DNA from: Botryllus schlosseri
Taxonomy: Eukaryota
Assembly: GCA_051294905.1 (NCBI GenBank)
Contig: CM119372.1
Location: 18,168,001-18,232,000, forward strand
Reading direction: 5' to 3'
Length of the DNA stretch: 64,000 nucleotides
Numbering within the stretch: the stretch's first letter is position 1; each line of letters begins with the position of its first letter. The notes beneath the pieces are model-generated. The model was given only the letters and a program-made list of their open reading frames with translations. It searched no databases and had not been told where the DNA came from. The translations under genes were made by a program, and so were the position numbers. Of the stretch, positions 36,810 through 50,152 are shown one piece after another.

Positions 36810-37415
36810 ATATCGATATCGAAAGCTTCGGCCAAACATGCGTCAATCATTTTGTGCCTATAGGTTTCATCGTCGACGGTCTTTCTGCGAGCGCAAACGC
36901 AAGGTCGCATGTTGGACCAAACTTTCTCTCGTAATTGCGAATATAGTTAGACTCAATCTGCTACATTAGGCGTTTTTTTCATTTTCAGGAGGGGTTAACA
37001 AGATTAAACGCAAGAAATCGAGTGATAACAACATACTGCGCGAAGCGTGAAGAATGTTTTTACTTTAGATAAAGTTGCCGCAAAATATTATACTTTATAG
37101 TAATGTATGAAGATCTACTAAAATGTGACTGACTCATGGATCTGCCAATGCGTCGGAACCAGGGCTGTGGAGTCGGAGTCAGAATCGGTGGAATCGGAGT
37201 CGGAGTTCGGCTAATTTCTGCTTGATGGAGTCGGAGTCGTGGAAAAAATACTGACTGGAGTCGGAGTCGTAGTTTGTGAAAATGACCCCGAGCCCGACTC
37301 CAACTTCTTTATCATGTAAACAATTTCATTTCAAAGATATCTTTAATATTACTAATAATAACTATAATAGGATTTTTATGTACTATCAATCACTGTTATT
37401 AGTAACGATACAGAT

Positions 37416-38496
37416 CAGGGCGGCCTGTGTGGCCTCTGCGAGGTAATTCTCGAAATTAGATATAACATCAGGTAAAATTGCAAGGCTAACCAAAATTTGA
37501 TTAGCCTGACCGCGAAATTTGATGATGACATCAATTTCGACGCATTGGCGTAACCAGGGGACAGTCACATTCAGCGTATAGATCTTCGTATATAACCATA
37601 AAGTAGAATATTCCGTAGCAGATTTACTTGACTTGAAATTTTTCTTAGCACTTCGCATGATTTATTGTCACATTTCTTGCATTTAGTATTGAAAACCATC
37701 CTAGAAATTATAAATACGCGTAATTTACAGAATTGAGTCCAACTATACTCGCAATTAGGAGATAACGTGTCGTCCAACAGGGGACTTCGCTTGTGCTCTC
37801 GAAGCGGGATGGTCGGCGACGAAACATTTGCGCAAAATGACAGAGCCATGTTCACCGAAACCGTCGATATTGTTATGTCTAAAACGCCAAATAATCATGT
37901 CCTAGCCAAATAAGCCAATTGCTACACAGAGGCGGCCCCCAATATGTCTAACAGTGCAAGTAATATATTTATTGATCGAAGTCATTCATTGCCTTTGAGA
38001 TAGTGTAATGGTTATGCGTCCGGCTTCTCGATCGTTTAGGACGTGGGTTTGATTCCCGGCCGGGTCATACCAAAGACTCGAGAATTGGTATCCCCAGCTA
38101 TCCTGCTAGGAGCTCAGCAATCATGGATAGCATGGAGGAGAAAAAAACGACGGTGCAGACTATAGATGACCTCACGGTTCTATCGCAACTACGTCGTCAA
38201 AGCATCTCGATGGCGCAGGCGAAAAAGAATATCATATCTCTCTCTCTCTCTCTCTCTCTTCGCGAGACCAGAGCATGAATGTACACGTACAGTGTACACT
38301 GTACAGTTGCACACTGAGTTTTCATGACATAATTTTTACCAATTTTAAAACGTAGTCATATAAGTCTTGTTTTCAATGTTACCAAATTCGGTTCTTTCCT
38401 ATCGGGCGACTAAAAAAGGTTATCAACACTCAAGTTGCCCGCGCAATCGTTCGTAAATCTCATGCGACCCTTTGGCCGAAAAGGTTGGTCCCCCTG
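37416..38496 (+). mobile_element. Charlie/Buster-type hAT MITE (nested)
   Basis: CAGGGCGGCC...GGTTGGTCCCCCTG; imperfect TSD ATACAGAT/ACATAGAT; related to 22016-22982. Confidence 0.75.
37993..38259 (+). mobile_element. tRNA-derived SINE family 1 with (CT)n tail
   Basis: A-box TAGTGTAATGG and B-box-like GGTTTGATTCCC, then GGGTCATACCAAAGAC...GCTCAGCA body. Confidence 0.75.
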
Positions 38497-39316
38497 ACAT
38501 AGATAGAATTGAACATTATTTGCAAAATATATTTCAGTTGCATAGAGGAAGAAAAAAGCAATATGTATCTTCGCGATGTAGTCACAAATTGATGCAATTT
38601 TCGGAATTATACCATGATCTTGTGACAGAGCAAATATATCGTCTGGTTGTAAAATTGATGTAAATATAACCAAACGATGCTTCCCACTTGACAAAATTAA
38701 AAATATTTGAGGCGTAGCTTAGCTGCTTGGGTCGGACAAATGATTAAGAAAGACCGCACGTCCTAATCCTTGAATACTTGACTAGGTGCATGTAGACTAG
38801 ACATATGCTATTTGACTAATTCCTAAATTTCGGTTATGACCAATGTGTGTTAGTAGTGAGAGTGTGTGTGCTTGTAATCAGTAGCCTACAGTGTGTAATG
38901 AGAAAATTAGTAAGATGCATCTCTGTATATTAGTTGTTGACTCATACACAAGAGCAACACTTCGATTGTTTTATCTACATTTTAATTATACAGTATGGGA
39001 TGTATGTCGTGTTCGAATGATTCATACATATTAGGTTATTAGAGAGTCCATGTTATGAAAACTGATAAAATATGAAAAAATGAAGGAAATTTAGAAAGGC
39101 AATCTTTCATGCATAGTGAATAATTCGAGCTGTGTCACAATGAAACAATTTTGCATGCCCCGTTAATCATATGTTTGCATATGTTTAATGGTTATATGAT
39201 AGTCATTTAACCGTCATTGTGGCATATAATTTTCGAAGTAAATTGGTAATACCGTTGGAGTCGGGGTTGGAGTCGGAGTAGGAGTCGTCTATTTTTAAAG
39301 ACGTCGGAGTCGGTAC

Positions 39317-40280
39317 TAGGGATGGTGTGAACCTCTGAAAGGTTCAGGTTCGTGTGAACGCGAACCTTTTTGAAAGGTTCTGTGTGAACGCGAACGTGAA
39401 CCTCATGACGTCATGTGACGTCATATTGCTAATTCCAACCCTACATTTCAGTGAAGTGATAGCCTATGCCCTTAATTAATGTACAAACACGATACCTAGA
39501 TACGTTTTAAACATCACCAAATGTATTAACTGGGGCAATGAAATGATATACTAATCTCATAAAATCAATATCTTCCGTCACTCTGCCGACAATTTCGACG
39601 AGGACTTGCCTAGGAATATAAGCTTACGCGTTAGCGGTCTACGCCAGACCGCGGACAATGTATTCGGCGTCTGAGTATAATTGCTACGTCAATATTGAGC
39701 ACAGTGTAAAACGAGTTTATGTACTTGCTACCGATATTATTACACTTTACCAGCTTAAACAGCAGGAGCCCACACCCCAATCGCACGGATTCGGTTTGCA
39801 TAATACAATAAACATATGACCCCGTAAGACTGCTAGATCCTTCACATCAGACAACGATATCAATTTCATTGATTGGTTGAATAAGCATCATTCGCTGACT
39901 GCCTACATATAATGTATTTCGCTCTTGATGTTGCGTGATTGCGGGTCACGCTCACAGCAGAGTGTCACAAAATATTCACAAACAGAAAGCTGGGTATTTC
40001 GAGCAAACTTTTGTAACGAAGCAAGTAAAATGTCTGAGATTGTCAAGGTGCATGCTCGTTTGTGGTTGATTTTTTATGCTGTCAGTGCCTTGCATAGAGT
40101 GGCCTGCAGTTGAAATGCAATAAATTTCCACCAAAGATGATATAATGAAGTGAAAATTGTAATATATGAAAAAGGTTCACAGTGCAGAACCTACCAAGAT
40201 TTGTTTGTGAACGTGAACATCTAAATTTCCGAGGTTCACACACAGAACGCGAACGTGAACCTCACGTTCACACCATCCCC
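39317..40280. mobile_element. hAT-type MITE with (GTGAAC)n subterminal repeats (nested)
   Basis: TAGGGATGGTGTGAAC...GTTCACACCATCCC; TCGGTAC duplicated on both flanks. Confidence 0.85.
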
Positions 40281-41536
40281 TCGGTACGTTTAAAGACTCG
40301 GGAATTGGAGTTGGAGTCGGAGTCGGTTCATTGAAAATGTGTGGAGTCGGAGTTGGAGTCGGTGCTAAAATGTACCGACTCCATAGCCCTGGTCGGAACT
40401 GATATTTTAGGCATAAATATCTCAAGTGTTGCGGCCAGGCTAATAAGAATTTTGGTTGGCCTTGCAAGTTCACAATCTGAGCAATCCATTTTTGATAAGA
40501 TGACTAATTTCAGAAATTACGTCGCCGGCCAGTCAAAACCTTCTCGCGCGACACTGGCTGGCCGCCCCTGAATAAAAGGGAACATTGATTGTGACGTATA
40601 AACAATTGCACATGTTCAACAGATGCTGTCTTGAGGGATTTATTCACGTGAAATTATTTCATATTAAAATCATAATTTTCCAATATGTGCTGGCTGATAG
40701 AATAAGTATATTTTCATTCCCTTAAAATTGCTTTGCAAGGCCGGATGAAATCGTTTTCGGGCTGGATTAGATGCTGGTAGCTCATGTTATAAGAAGATGG
40801 GGTAGCTCCCGTTGGCCGACTGGGGTCATTCTTCTCTACGTACGCAAAGAAATCCCATCAAACTCCTCTCCTCATATTTTATTCAAATGTTCACGGGATA
40901 ACTGTTCACGCATGCATGCACAGAATATAGAACTTCCGAGATGTGGTGCTCAAACTATTACAACAGAACTGATGCAACAATATAATTTCTGAAAATCATG
41001 AGCACAACAGTTTGAAATGCAAATTAGAAAACTGCCTGTCGTTATTATCTTCGTCGATTTCATGAGTTTATTATGGGAAATCTGGCGATTCACCATCACA
41101 AGACAAAGTGACTAACATGCTCAAAAAGCATCATAGTTTTGCGACCACAGCACTTTTATCGTGGACGTTTCTGGCTTGAATCATGCAGATGTCCCATGAC
41201 GCGCATTTCATTCATACCGTCTCGTCATGGCTATACATTCTAAACAAGTATACACTATACCAGTGGCGGACAACTTCTCCAGTCGGCGGGTCGGATATGG
41301 GAAAATGAAGTAGCCTACCTACATGGCGGGCCCGATGCCTGAATCGATACATTAAACGAATATCTATACACATTTACAAGGATTTATCGCATTTAATATA
41401 AACTTCAAGTTTGAAGCATATAGAGTCCAAAGCAGTATTGAATGAATTTATCAACATAATGTAGGCTACTTAAATAACTGTTGAGGTCGATGAGACATCT
41501 GTGGTCGACCAAAGTTGTGTAGGCCTATACAGCAGG

Positions 41537-41960
41537 TTCAAGTTCAAGTTTATTCATAAAATTTGATCATTTCAAAACATCACAAGACTGCGATACAATG
41601 AAAGATAGGAAGATGCCGAAACGACTTGGAGCAGTCTTTGAGATCAGTCAGTAGACACCCACCTGGGCCTATGCGATGTAAAGAGGAGGCATCCACACTG
41701 GATGAAAGAAGAAGAAAGAAGATAATATACAAATGACAAGCGACAAAATCAGGTGGCAAGTGACGGAAGGCGAGATCGATATGTCACTTCGTGATCCGGT
41801 AAATGGTGAGGGCTGACTGGTATTCTAGGTTCTAGGTTCTTTGAACTCTGGCTGCATGCCAGACACAAAGAAGACAAAGAACTAATATGTGTGTACGAAA
41901 TAAGAAATAATAACCTACAGTCACTATAACTTGACGTAGTAATAATCAAGTAGTGGAGAA
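41537..41960 (-). mobile_element. LINE 3' UTR fragment with (AACTTG)n tail
   Basis: Minus strand reads AATAAACTTGAACTTGAA. The GGTGGGTGTC...AGTCGTTTCGGCATCTTCC motif is shared with the LINE 3' UTR at 8907-8955. Confidence 0.6.
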
Positions 41961-42010
41961 TTGCGGAAGACTTTGACGGCAGGCCATATTATCATTAAGA
42001 CCAAAAACTG

Positions 42011-42217
42011 TAGTCCGACCGAGGTCGGCTCCAGAATTCCTACCTAAGTGTTGGAGGTTTATCTAGGCACCTCCTGGTCATCTCATACGCGTAAGCGGTG
42101 TCTTACAAAAGCCTCGAAGTTGGTGGTGCTGGAAGTCGGCAGTTACGGGATCAAAAATATGGAATATCGGCCTGGTGTAAAAGACCAGTGTAGTCGATAA
42201 ACACCATGAATTACCAC

Positions 42218-42275
<58 letters not shown>

Positions 42276-42308
42276 AATAACAACAACAGCAGCAGCAACA
42301 ACAACAAC
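42011..42308 (+). mobile_element. 5'-truncated SINE family 2 copy with a long (CAA)n tail
   Basis: AGTCCGACCGAGGTCG...CGCGTAAGCGGTGTCTTACAA...TCGGCCTGGTG shared with 50809-51085; about 30 CAA-type triplets at 42218-42308. Confidence 0.8.
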
Positions 42309-42381
42309 GAAAAACTGTCTATAGGCCGCTCAAAATCACTTCGCGGGCCGTATGTTGCCCGTTCCTGCTCTGTATGTACAG

Positions 42382-43017
42382 TAGGGCTCTCCAAAAATTA
42401 CTTTTTTTCTCAAATCGTACTGGCTACTTGATAAAATTGTTAGGTTACCTAATTTAAGCCTACACACCAAATTTGGTTGTATTTTGTTGTATTTTGTTAT
42501 TTATTATATAAAAATAAATAACAAAAAATTTGAAAATTTTCTGTTCACCCCATGAAAGTGTTAGGTTGCCTATAGAAACGATGTTCACCAAATTTGGTTC
42601 AATTCTAACCAGTACAAGCGGAGTTATTGCCGTCGAAAAATTTGGATTTGAATAAAATAGTATTTGCGGGGGGCACAACTATAATAAATAATTGAAGAAT
42701 TGGTCACCGTAAATACTATTTTATTCATAATTCAAATTTTCGACGGCAATAACTCCGCTTCGACTGGTTGGAATTGAACCAAATTTGATGAACGTCGTTT
42801 CTATAGACAACCCAACACTTTCATGGGGTGAACAGAAAATTTTCAAATTTGCATTTATTTTTAGATAATAAATAGAAACTTTCCTCTCCTGTAGCAATGC
42901 GGCTATTGGTTGGAATTGAACCAAATTTGGTGTGTAGGCCTAAATAAGGTAACCTAACAATTTTATCAAGTATAGCCAGTACCATTTGAGAAAAAAAGTC
43001 ATTTTTGAAGACCCCTT
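42382..43017. mobile_element. Palindromic (foldback) MITE
   Basis: TAGGGCTCTCCAAAAA...TTTTTGAAGACCCCTT; long inverted arms; TSD ATGTACA(G/C). Confidence 0.85.
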
Positions 43018-43436
43018 ATGTACACTGTGTACAGTCTACAATACATACGTCATACATTCATGACTCACAGTGTCATTTCGGAGACTTCATGTATAGAACG
43101 GCATGTTCAAGTTAGCCTCAATTTATAGTGACTATAATTTAAATCCGATAACCGACTTTATCCGGCATGAATAAAAAATGGAATGTTGACCCCAGCTTTG
43201 CAACTTTTTTTTCGAGAGCGTTACTGCGACCATGCATAGGCCTGCACAATGCACATATAACCTACATATGGAAATATAGAAGGGACATGAATATTGTTCA
43301 TTATCTATTTCGCCGTGCTCCCCGTTTTTAAATCCACTTTCTTCGACTTTAGGCTTTCTCTTTTCCCTCCCACAATAACATGTCGGACCGATGCAGCCAT
43401 ATTGTACGCGAGGCCTTATCATAACGTCCGTATGTT

Positions 43437-44447
43437 TTACAAACTCGAAATACAGGTGTTGTCGTCTCTGAGTGATGTTAGACTTTCGGGGTGATTGTTA
43501 TTGGCATTTTGTGTCTTTTTGCATGCCCCACAAGAAATAATATCCCGGAAATCGTTAAATGTCAGCAACAGACATATTTGGTTGAGGGTTAAGTCGATGT
43601 TAATTATGGTGTGAGCAATGAAGACAACGTTTGTCTGTTTACGGAGTACGAGCAGTGACAGGATATCCGTAACAACGACTGCGATTGCTGATAGTATTGA
43701 CCTTTTTATCATGCTTCTAATACTGCTGTAAGACATAGATTTTCCGGGACTTTTGTTCGATGATTGCTTTATCGATTTCAGTTTTATCATCGGAAACAAG
43801 AAGAGAAATACTAGCAATATCTGGGTAGACAGCATGCATCCCACGAAAACGAACTTCTTAAAATATTTCCACTCTTCTTTTTCTTTGATACGGCCCACCG
43901 AAGGTCTGTATTCGCATCCATATACTCCGGATTGGAAAGTTTCCGGTAACGCGTAACCAACAGAAAACGCGATGAAACCGATCATAATCCATACTATAGA
44001 ATACCGGCTGACAATCAAAATCCACTTGGGTGATATAATTTTCACATATTCGTTGGTGTAGACTGCGTGTTGACGCGCCCATAAGAAACAGTACGTACAT
44101 GCGATCCCAAGATATATGAAAGCATATATAACATCTATCAACGTTTCGCAGTTTGTAATTCCGTCCCGTCGTAAAATGATGTGGAATAACACTATGTATG
44201 CTATCAGTCTTACAGACCCAACTGAAAAAAGTACCATGAAGGCCACATAAATTCTCCCCCGTTGGTTCGCCCAGTGTAAAAGTCCCTCTTGTCTTCCGTA
44301 AATCACCAAACGAGCTATCAAAGCAACTGTCGCCAAAGCAAGAACGTAGGTTGTTAATCCACATGCGATGATTGATTTGCTTATAATTGTGGTTATTGCC
44401 GTAGCCTCGCTGCCGTTGGCTCCATGATTTTCACTGCTATTCAACAT
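43437..44447 (-). CDS. Intronless divergent seven-transmembrane (GPCR-like) protein
   Basis: Open frame of about 336 aa from the ATG at 44447. About 7 hydrophobic segments, N-terminal NSS/NGS sequons, Cys at the top of TM3 (TNCE) and in the next extracellular loop (YGCE), and a basic intracellular loop. No DRY or NPxxY motif. Confidence 0.8.
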   Translation of the reverse strand: MLNSSENHGANGSEATAITTIISKSIIACGLTTYVLALATVALIARLVIYGRQEGLLHWANQRGRIYVAFMVLFSVGSVRLIAYIVLFHIILRRDGITNCETLIDVIYAFIYLGIACTYCFLWARQHAVYTNEYVKIISPKWILIVSRYSIVWIMIGFIAFSVGYALPETFQSGVYGCEYRPSVGRIKEKEEWKYFKKFVFVGCMLSTQILLVFLFLFPMIKLKSIKQSSNKSPGKSMSYSSIRSMIKRSILSAIAVVVTDILSLLVLRKQTNVVFIAHTIINIDLTLNQICLLLTFNDFRDIISCGACKKTQNANNNHPESLTSLRDDNTCISSL

Positions 44448-45402
44448 GGCGATGGAATATACCTCTGACAATTACGGCGCCTGTGTTCCAGTCTAAAAGT
44501 CAATGGAGTAGTATGTTTGAAACGATGTGGATTCATTATGTACGAGGACAATCCTACTTCCGTTTTTCATTCAGCATCATCGCTGGCAGTAACACAAAGC
44601 CGTCTAAGAAAAACTGCGGAGTGTGCAAATTTAGTTAACTTTGAAACAATGCGTGAGAGGTCAGAATTGGCATCCATTCTGCATCGAGTTCGATCGACTG
44701 AATCGAGATCTATCAGACTGAATCATCGCTAAACTAGTCGTACATGGTACCTTCCATGACATGATCTGCACGAATTCAAGAGTAGGCTTCTGCTTACCGC
44801 ATGTCATGTGGACTGTGCAGTGAAGTTGCAGTCGTAAGCAGTAAGCAATTAAAATTACTATGCCTGTCTGATGGCATCTACTGAAGCAACAAGTGGCGCT
44901 TAAATACGGACATACACTGTTGTATAAGCAACAGGGGTGGCCTTACGCCTTCACAGATCCTCACAAAAAAAGAAGGGACCGACTCAGGTTATTTAGCGAT
45001 CGATAATGATGAACAATTTACTTTGGACAGGATTTAACTCTTTAAGTGGGAAATAATTCAAGGATACCAAAGAAACGCGAGACTCGCTTGGAAGCCGGAA
45101 CTTGGTCTACCACAACCCCGGCTTTCTTGTCTCGAAACAAACTGAACTAATAGAAAAGCGTAATTAGCATTAAAACTTGGGCATATACTTTTGTTACGGT
45201 TCGGGATTTGATTAGGTTCTTGTAGTGGTGTGGTAGCTCTATGGCGCCACTAGGGTGTGGCGACATCTCAAAGCGACTCGCAGATACATCGAGGAGTACT
45301 GATGTAGTTTTAGGAGTAGTGTGTGTAAATATGTTTGTGTTCTTCATCACCTCATGCCCGTCAATTGCCTCATACTTTTGTACCGCACTTCATAATCTAC
45401 GG

Positions 45403-45982
45403 CAGTGGTTCCCAACCTGTGGTACGCGAACCATTAGTGGTACGCGAAGGTATTCCAGGTGGCACGCCAGTAGATTCTGTATTCTACTGAGAAAACGACA
45501 ACGCAACTCGGTAACTGCTGAGAGCGCTATTAATATAACAAGCATTAAATGTATGTGTGTGCTAACGGTTAATATGAAGAATCAGACCCCATAGTTCAAT
45601 TGGAATACCAATGTTCCTTCTAATTTTTCACGAGTCTGCGCGCACTCACCAAGTCACTGCGTGTTCTCTTGGACAGCAGTACGTAACGACTGAAAAAATG
45701 TCATCACTTCGGCTTTCTTGCGCGTGGCACACGTTTTTATCTGCGCGACGACTTTAGAAGCAGTGTGCGGCTTAAGAGAGGACAGTTTTGCACACCCCCA
45801 ACCCCTACAACATTTACATATCCTTGTACTTCTGTTGCCAATTTTGTGACGTGATTATGACGTCATAAATTGTGGAAACATTTTTGGACCGCCTTCGGCA
45901 CGCGTATCTTATGCAGATGGTACGCGAGCACTGCATAAAACCTCGAAATGGTACGCGGGTGGAAAAAGGTTGGGAATCACTG
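45403..45982. mobile_element. Charlie/Buster-type hAT MITE
   Basis: CAGTGGTTCCCAACC...GGTTGGGAATCACTG; imperfect TSD ATCTACGG/ATCTATAG. Confidence 0.8.
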
Positions 45983-46835
45983 ATCTATAGGGTTACCATA
46001 TTACACTTTTTCAAAACAATGGTAAATTTTACCCAATTCGTGCTCGGTTGACTAAAATTAAAAAAAGGTCGTCACTTTCGTCGTTCGAACCCCGAATTTC
46101 CTATTCAGCGTCATTTAGGCCTATGCCCATTTTCACTCGAATCTATCCTATTAGAGCTCTAAAAGCTGTAAAGGGGGACGAATTGCCAAAAAGGAGGACA
46201 TTGAGGCGTCCTCGGGGGACATTTTCAAAAACCTGGTACTTTATAATATACCAATGGTTCACAACCTTTACTGACCCGCGGAACAGCTTTCGCTAACTGT
46301 TAAGCCTTCGTGGAACCCCAAATAAACGCTAAGCCATAAAAAGAAATCTACCACAAACCTAATCTACCGCAAACTGAACTGTGCATCAACATCAACAGAG
46401 TGATCGATGAAAATATGATTTCTACACAAAACGAACATATTATAATGAATATTCACGGCAAATCTGCTGCTCCAAATATCTGAACGTCATCATATTGTTT
46501 GGTCTAAACGCAAGCGTGATACCAATTGTTTGATTGCAAATGATCTTAAAGATATTGGTGTTCGAATTGGCATTTCAGAAAGACTTGGCTTCGAGTTCAA
46601 ATATATCCCCACCTCCACTGTGTACACTATTGCAGACGACGTACCACCACAACAGTCACAATAGGACTACTGCATGATTGGGCCTCAATGTCTGCAATCA
46701 ATGGTGGTAAAGACGAGCGTATCATCACTATTCATATGTATGAGTTGAGTGTGTGTCGTCACCTCCAGGCTACCGTTGAGACTGGCCCATGGAACACCTC
46801 TATACCGTTCCACGGAACACCGGTTAAGAGCCAAC

Positions 46836-47349
46836 TAGGGCTGGGCAAAATCGAGTACCTGAGTGATTCGATTCTGAATCACGTAATATGCTTCGAGTCG
46901 AGTCGAGTATTCGAGTATCAGTCATTATGACGTCATAACAGAATGTCATATGTCAAATATCAACTGAGAACTTTTTATGCTACCACAAAGAATATGATGC
47001 CTGTATTACGTCACATTACAGATACTCCGGTATTTTTCAACCATATGGACTTCTTTGCCCTTTGTGACAATGTTGGGGGATGATCATAATTTTGGAAATG
47101 TGTTATTTTCTGTTACGTTAGTAGCTTGTACTATATTTTTCGTATGCTGCGATACGTCCAATCAAGGTTTCAAGGCATCCACAGTGGAAATTAGTATCGG
47201 AATTATAATTCTCGTTGACAAATTACCTTTCAGTGGCGAGGAGTGTATGATTTCAGTACTCGAAAAAATCGACTTTTACTACTCGACTCGAATCATTAAA
47301 ATAATACTCGATTCAGATTCGAGTACTCGAATCATTGTGTCCAGCCCTA
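46836..47349. mobile_element. hAT-type MITE with TCGAGT repeats
   Basis: TAGGGCTGGGCA...TGTCCAGCCCTA; TSD GAGCCAAC. Confidence 0.88.
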
Positions 47350-48331
47350 GAGCCAACGCAATAGATATTGGAGATAGAATCTGCATTTCAAAAGTACGGG
47401 GTTTCGAACCGTTCTACGTAATGCACTGCACATTGCCTGAAACCACAGCATTCACAATTCGACTGCTGATCGCGCCTAATCGCCTGTAACCATCACAAAT
47501 CATATGTATCAGTTTTGTGTGCTATTTTCCTTCGCGACCCCTCACGTTAATCATGATCAACAGCGAGGAATACAAAAATACTACACAAGCTTGTTGAAAT
47601 GAGAATCATGTTTGCTATGAAAAGGCCGTAGTATTACTTGTTATACTTGAGGCTTTTACTGCCTATACCTCACTTGACAACATTTACAAATCAATTGAAG
47701 TGTACAGTATTCATTATTGTTGGACATGAAAGTGGAATTATATCGATAAATATGTTCGCTATAAAGTTCTATTTTTGATATGATTAGCATCATTGCCTCA
47801 ATGTAGGCTACTCCTCGTATTTCAAGCCGTTGTGGAATTTGCATCGATTACTGTTTCAACATCTTTTGCAGTAGGCATACTATCGTCTTTTTCTCGATTG
47901 TTGCTATGTAATGTCCGTGGCAATTTCATGATTTGTGACCAGAATGGCCTGAGAGCACTCATTCACTGATATCGTAGTTACAACGTGTCATCGCTAAGCA
48001 TATCAACTATGATGCGCATGCGCATTCTCCTTTCAAGACGACGTCACGTTCCCTCTAATGTCCGCAACGCAGAGTCAGTGAATACATTGGCGTGGGCTTT
48101 ATTCTTTACACGAGTAAAAACATCAATAGACTTCAGACAAAGCAATCGTATTCATCAGGTTCTTGAACAGCATAGCAGCGTCGGTCGATCCTCGGTAAAA
48201 GCGTCCGTGAGCGTTGGACGACGGTCTATCTGCAGACAGAATTGTGAACAGTCGCTCCTGATGATTGTAATTGATATGATTGGTGGCGTCTGAAGGAATA
48301 TTCCATCGGTCCGCCATATGAACCCTCAAAA

Positions 48332-48735
48332 ATGGAGTTACCATATTTTGGAATCGGGACAGACGGACACTTTTTCAAAATTTTCAGAGTTACAATACTG
48401 GAGTAAAATCCGAAAAAAATGGTAAATTTACCACGAAATTGTGGTAGGTTGACTAAAAAAGGTCCACTTTCCGGCTCAACTCCCGAAATACAGTTTTTCC
48501 TTCACATTTTTCGTTGGTTGTCTAAAAAAAGACTGTCACTTACGTTCGAACCACGAATTTCCTGTTTAGCACCACTTATGCCCATTTTCACTCGAATCTA
48601 GCCATCATCTTAGCTCTAAAAGCTCTAAATGGGAACGAATTACCAAAAAGGAGGACATTTAGGCATCCTCGGAGGGCATTTTCAAAAACCTGAAAAAGGA
48701 GGACAAATCTTCCTAAAGGAGGACGTATAACCCTA
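48332..48735 (+). mobile_element. MITE, TAGGGTTACCATA family (other copies at about 45988-46235 and 52612-52945)
   Basis: GTTACCATATTTTGG start and GAGGACGTATAACCCTA end; body shared with the other copies. Confidence 0.75.
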
Positions 48736-49536
48736 CTCAACAATAACATTCCTTGAACACTGAATCAAGCATATGAGATTCCAAGTGACATTGAGGTGCG
48801 AAATCAATTTTATATTCACGCTGTCAGTCAAAAGTCATACGGCAACATTACAATATTGTCAACGGTTAAAGCGTTTTACGCAGAAGTAGACACACGCGGT
48901 ACATTAAGCTTCTGCAATCACCAATTGTATAGATAATAACGAGTTGATTAATAAATATATCAAAGTTTGTAAGCGTGTATGCCAACATCACCACATCCGT
49001 TAGCCTCCTAGGTATGATGAAAACTACCATATCGGTTACTAAAATAACAATCGATCCAATCAAAGATCGCTTTATCACTCGGGAAGTACTCGAATAGTCA
49101 TCTTGTGGCTTCGCTGTCGACGGGCCTCGCTGTTGAGCCCTTAATTCCGATTTTACCTTCGCCATTGGGTATCAGACATGGGGTAATCGCGATTAGTAAT
49201 CGTAATCGATTACGACGATTACACCATTTTCAAGTAATCGTAATCGCAATCGATTACATTCGAAAAAATCCCGAAGTAATCGTAATCGTAATCGACTATT
49301 TCCTATATTTAATCGATTTCTCTGTGAAAGAACGATTACTTTTTATTTTTGCAAGGACTATGACATAAACTGAACAACATTCGTGAACAAGGAAGAGATA
49401 TTATACCAGGCTCGTGACAGCACAAACGTCTGATTTTCAAACGCCACAGCTCATTATTACGTCAGAAGCAGCCTAGTAGCTTTGCGCGTCATCGCGTAAG
49501 AACTATCCACACTAAATAGATATTCGATGTACATTA

Positions 49537-50152
49537 TAGGGCGGTTCAAAAATAACCTTTTTTCCTTAATCTTGCGGGCTACGTGATTAAATCGTTAGGT
49601 TGCCTTAAAAAACGACGCATACCAAATTTGAATTCATTCCAACCAATATTCGCGGTTTACGTAGAGTTTGAAAATTTTGAATTTGTTTAGAAACGCAAAA
49701 AAAAAGTTTTTTCAAATTTTTCTGCCAACCCCATGAAATTGTTCGGCTGTCTTCAAAGACTATGCAAAACAAATTTCACTCAATTCCAAGCCGTAGAAGC
49801 GGAGTTATTCCAGTTTTTCGATGAAAATTATTGGATTATCCACCGATCAAGGATAATCCCAGAATTATCAAAGAAAAACTGATATAACTCCACTTCTACG
49901 GCTTGGAATTGAGTCAAATTTGTTTTGCATAGTTTTTGAAGACAGCCCAACATTTTCATGGGGTTGGCAGAAAAATTTGAAAAAAAATTTTTTTTGCGTT
50001 TCTGGGCAAATTCAAAATTTTCAAAATCTACGTAAACCGCCAATATTGGTTGGAATGAATTCAAATTTGGTGTGCGTCGTTTTTTAAGGCAACCTAACGA
50101 TTTAATCACGTAGCCCGCAAGATTAAGGAAAAAAGGTTATTTTTGAACCGCC
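49537..50152. mobile_element. Near-perfect palindromic (foldback) MITE
   Basis: Inverted arms of about 290 bp, GGCGGTTCAAAAATAACC...GGTTATTTTTGAACCGCC; TSD GTACATT(A/G). Confidence 0.92.

Larger units (their letters stand above)
37160..40391. mobile_element. hAT-type element with (GGAGTC)n subterminal repeats
   Basis: CAGGGCTGTGGAGTCGG...CCGACTCCATAGCCCTG; TSD GTCGGAAC. Confidence 0.9.
33608..40570 (-). mobile_element. Inverted copy of the 19418-20130 MITE, expanded to 7 kb by nested insertions
   Basis: Segments 33608-33801, 36818-37159 and 40400-40570 reassemble into the reverse complement of 19418-20130. Confidence 0.85.

Noticed and set aside
37993..38070. Functional tRNA genes here and at about 16100-16150 and 51020-51085
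   Set aside because: Incomplete cloverleaves that continue into shared SINE bodies and simple-repeat tails.
42143..42394. Poly-Leu ORF
   Set aside because: It is the reverse reading of the (CAA)n SINE tail.
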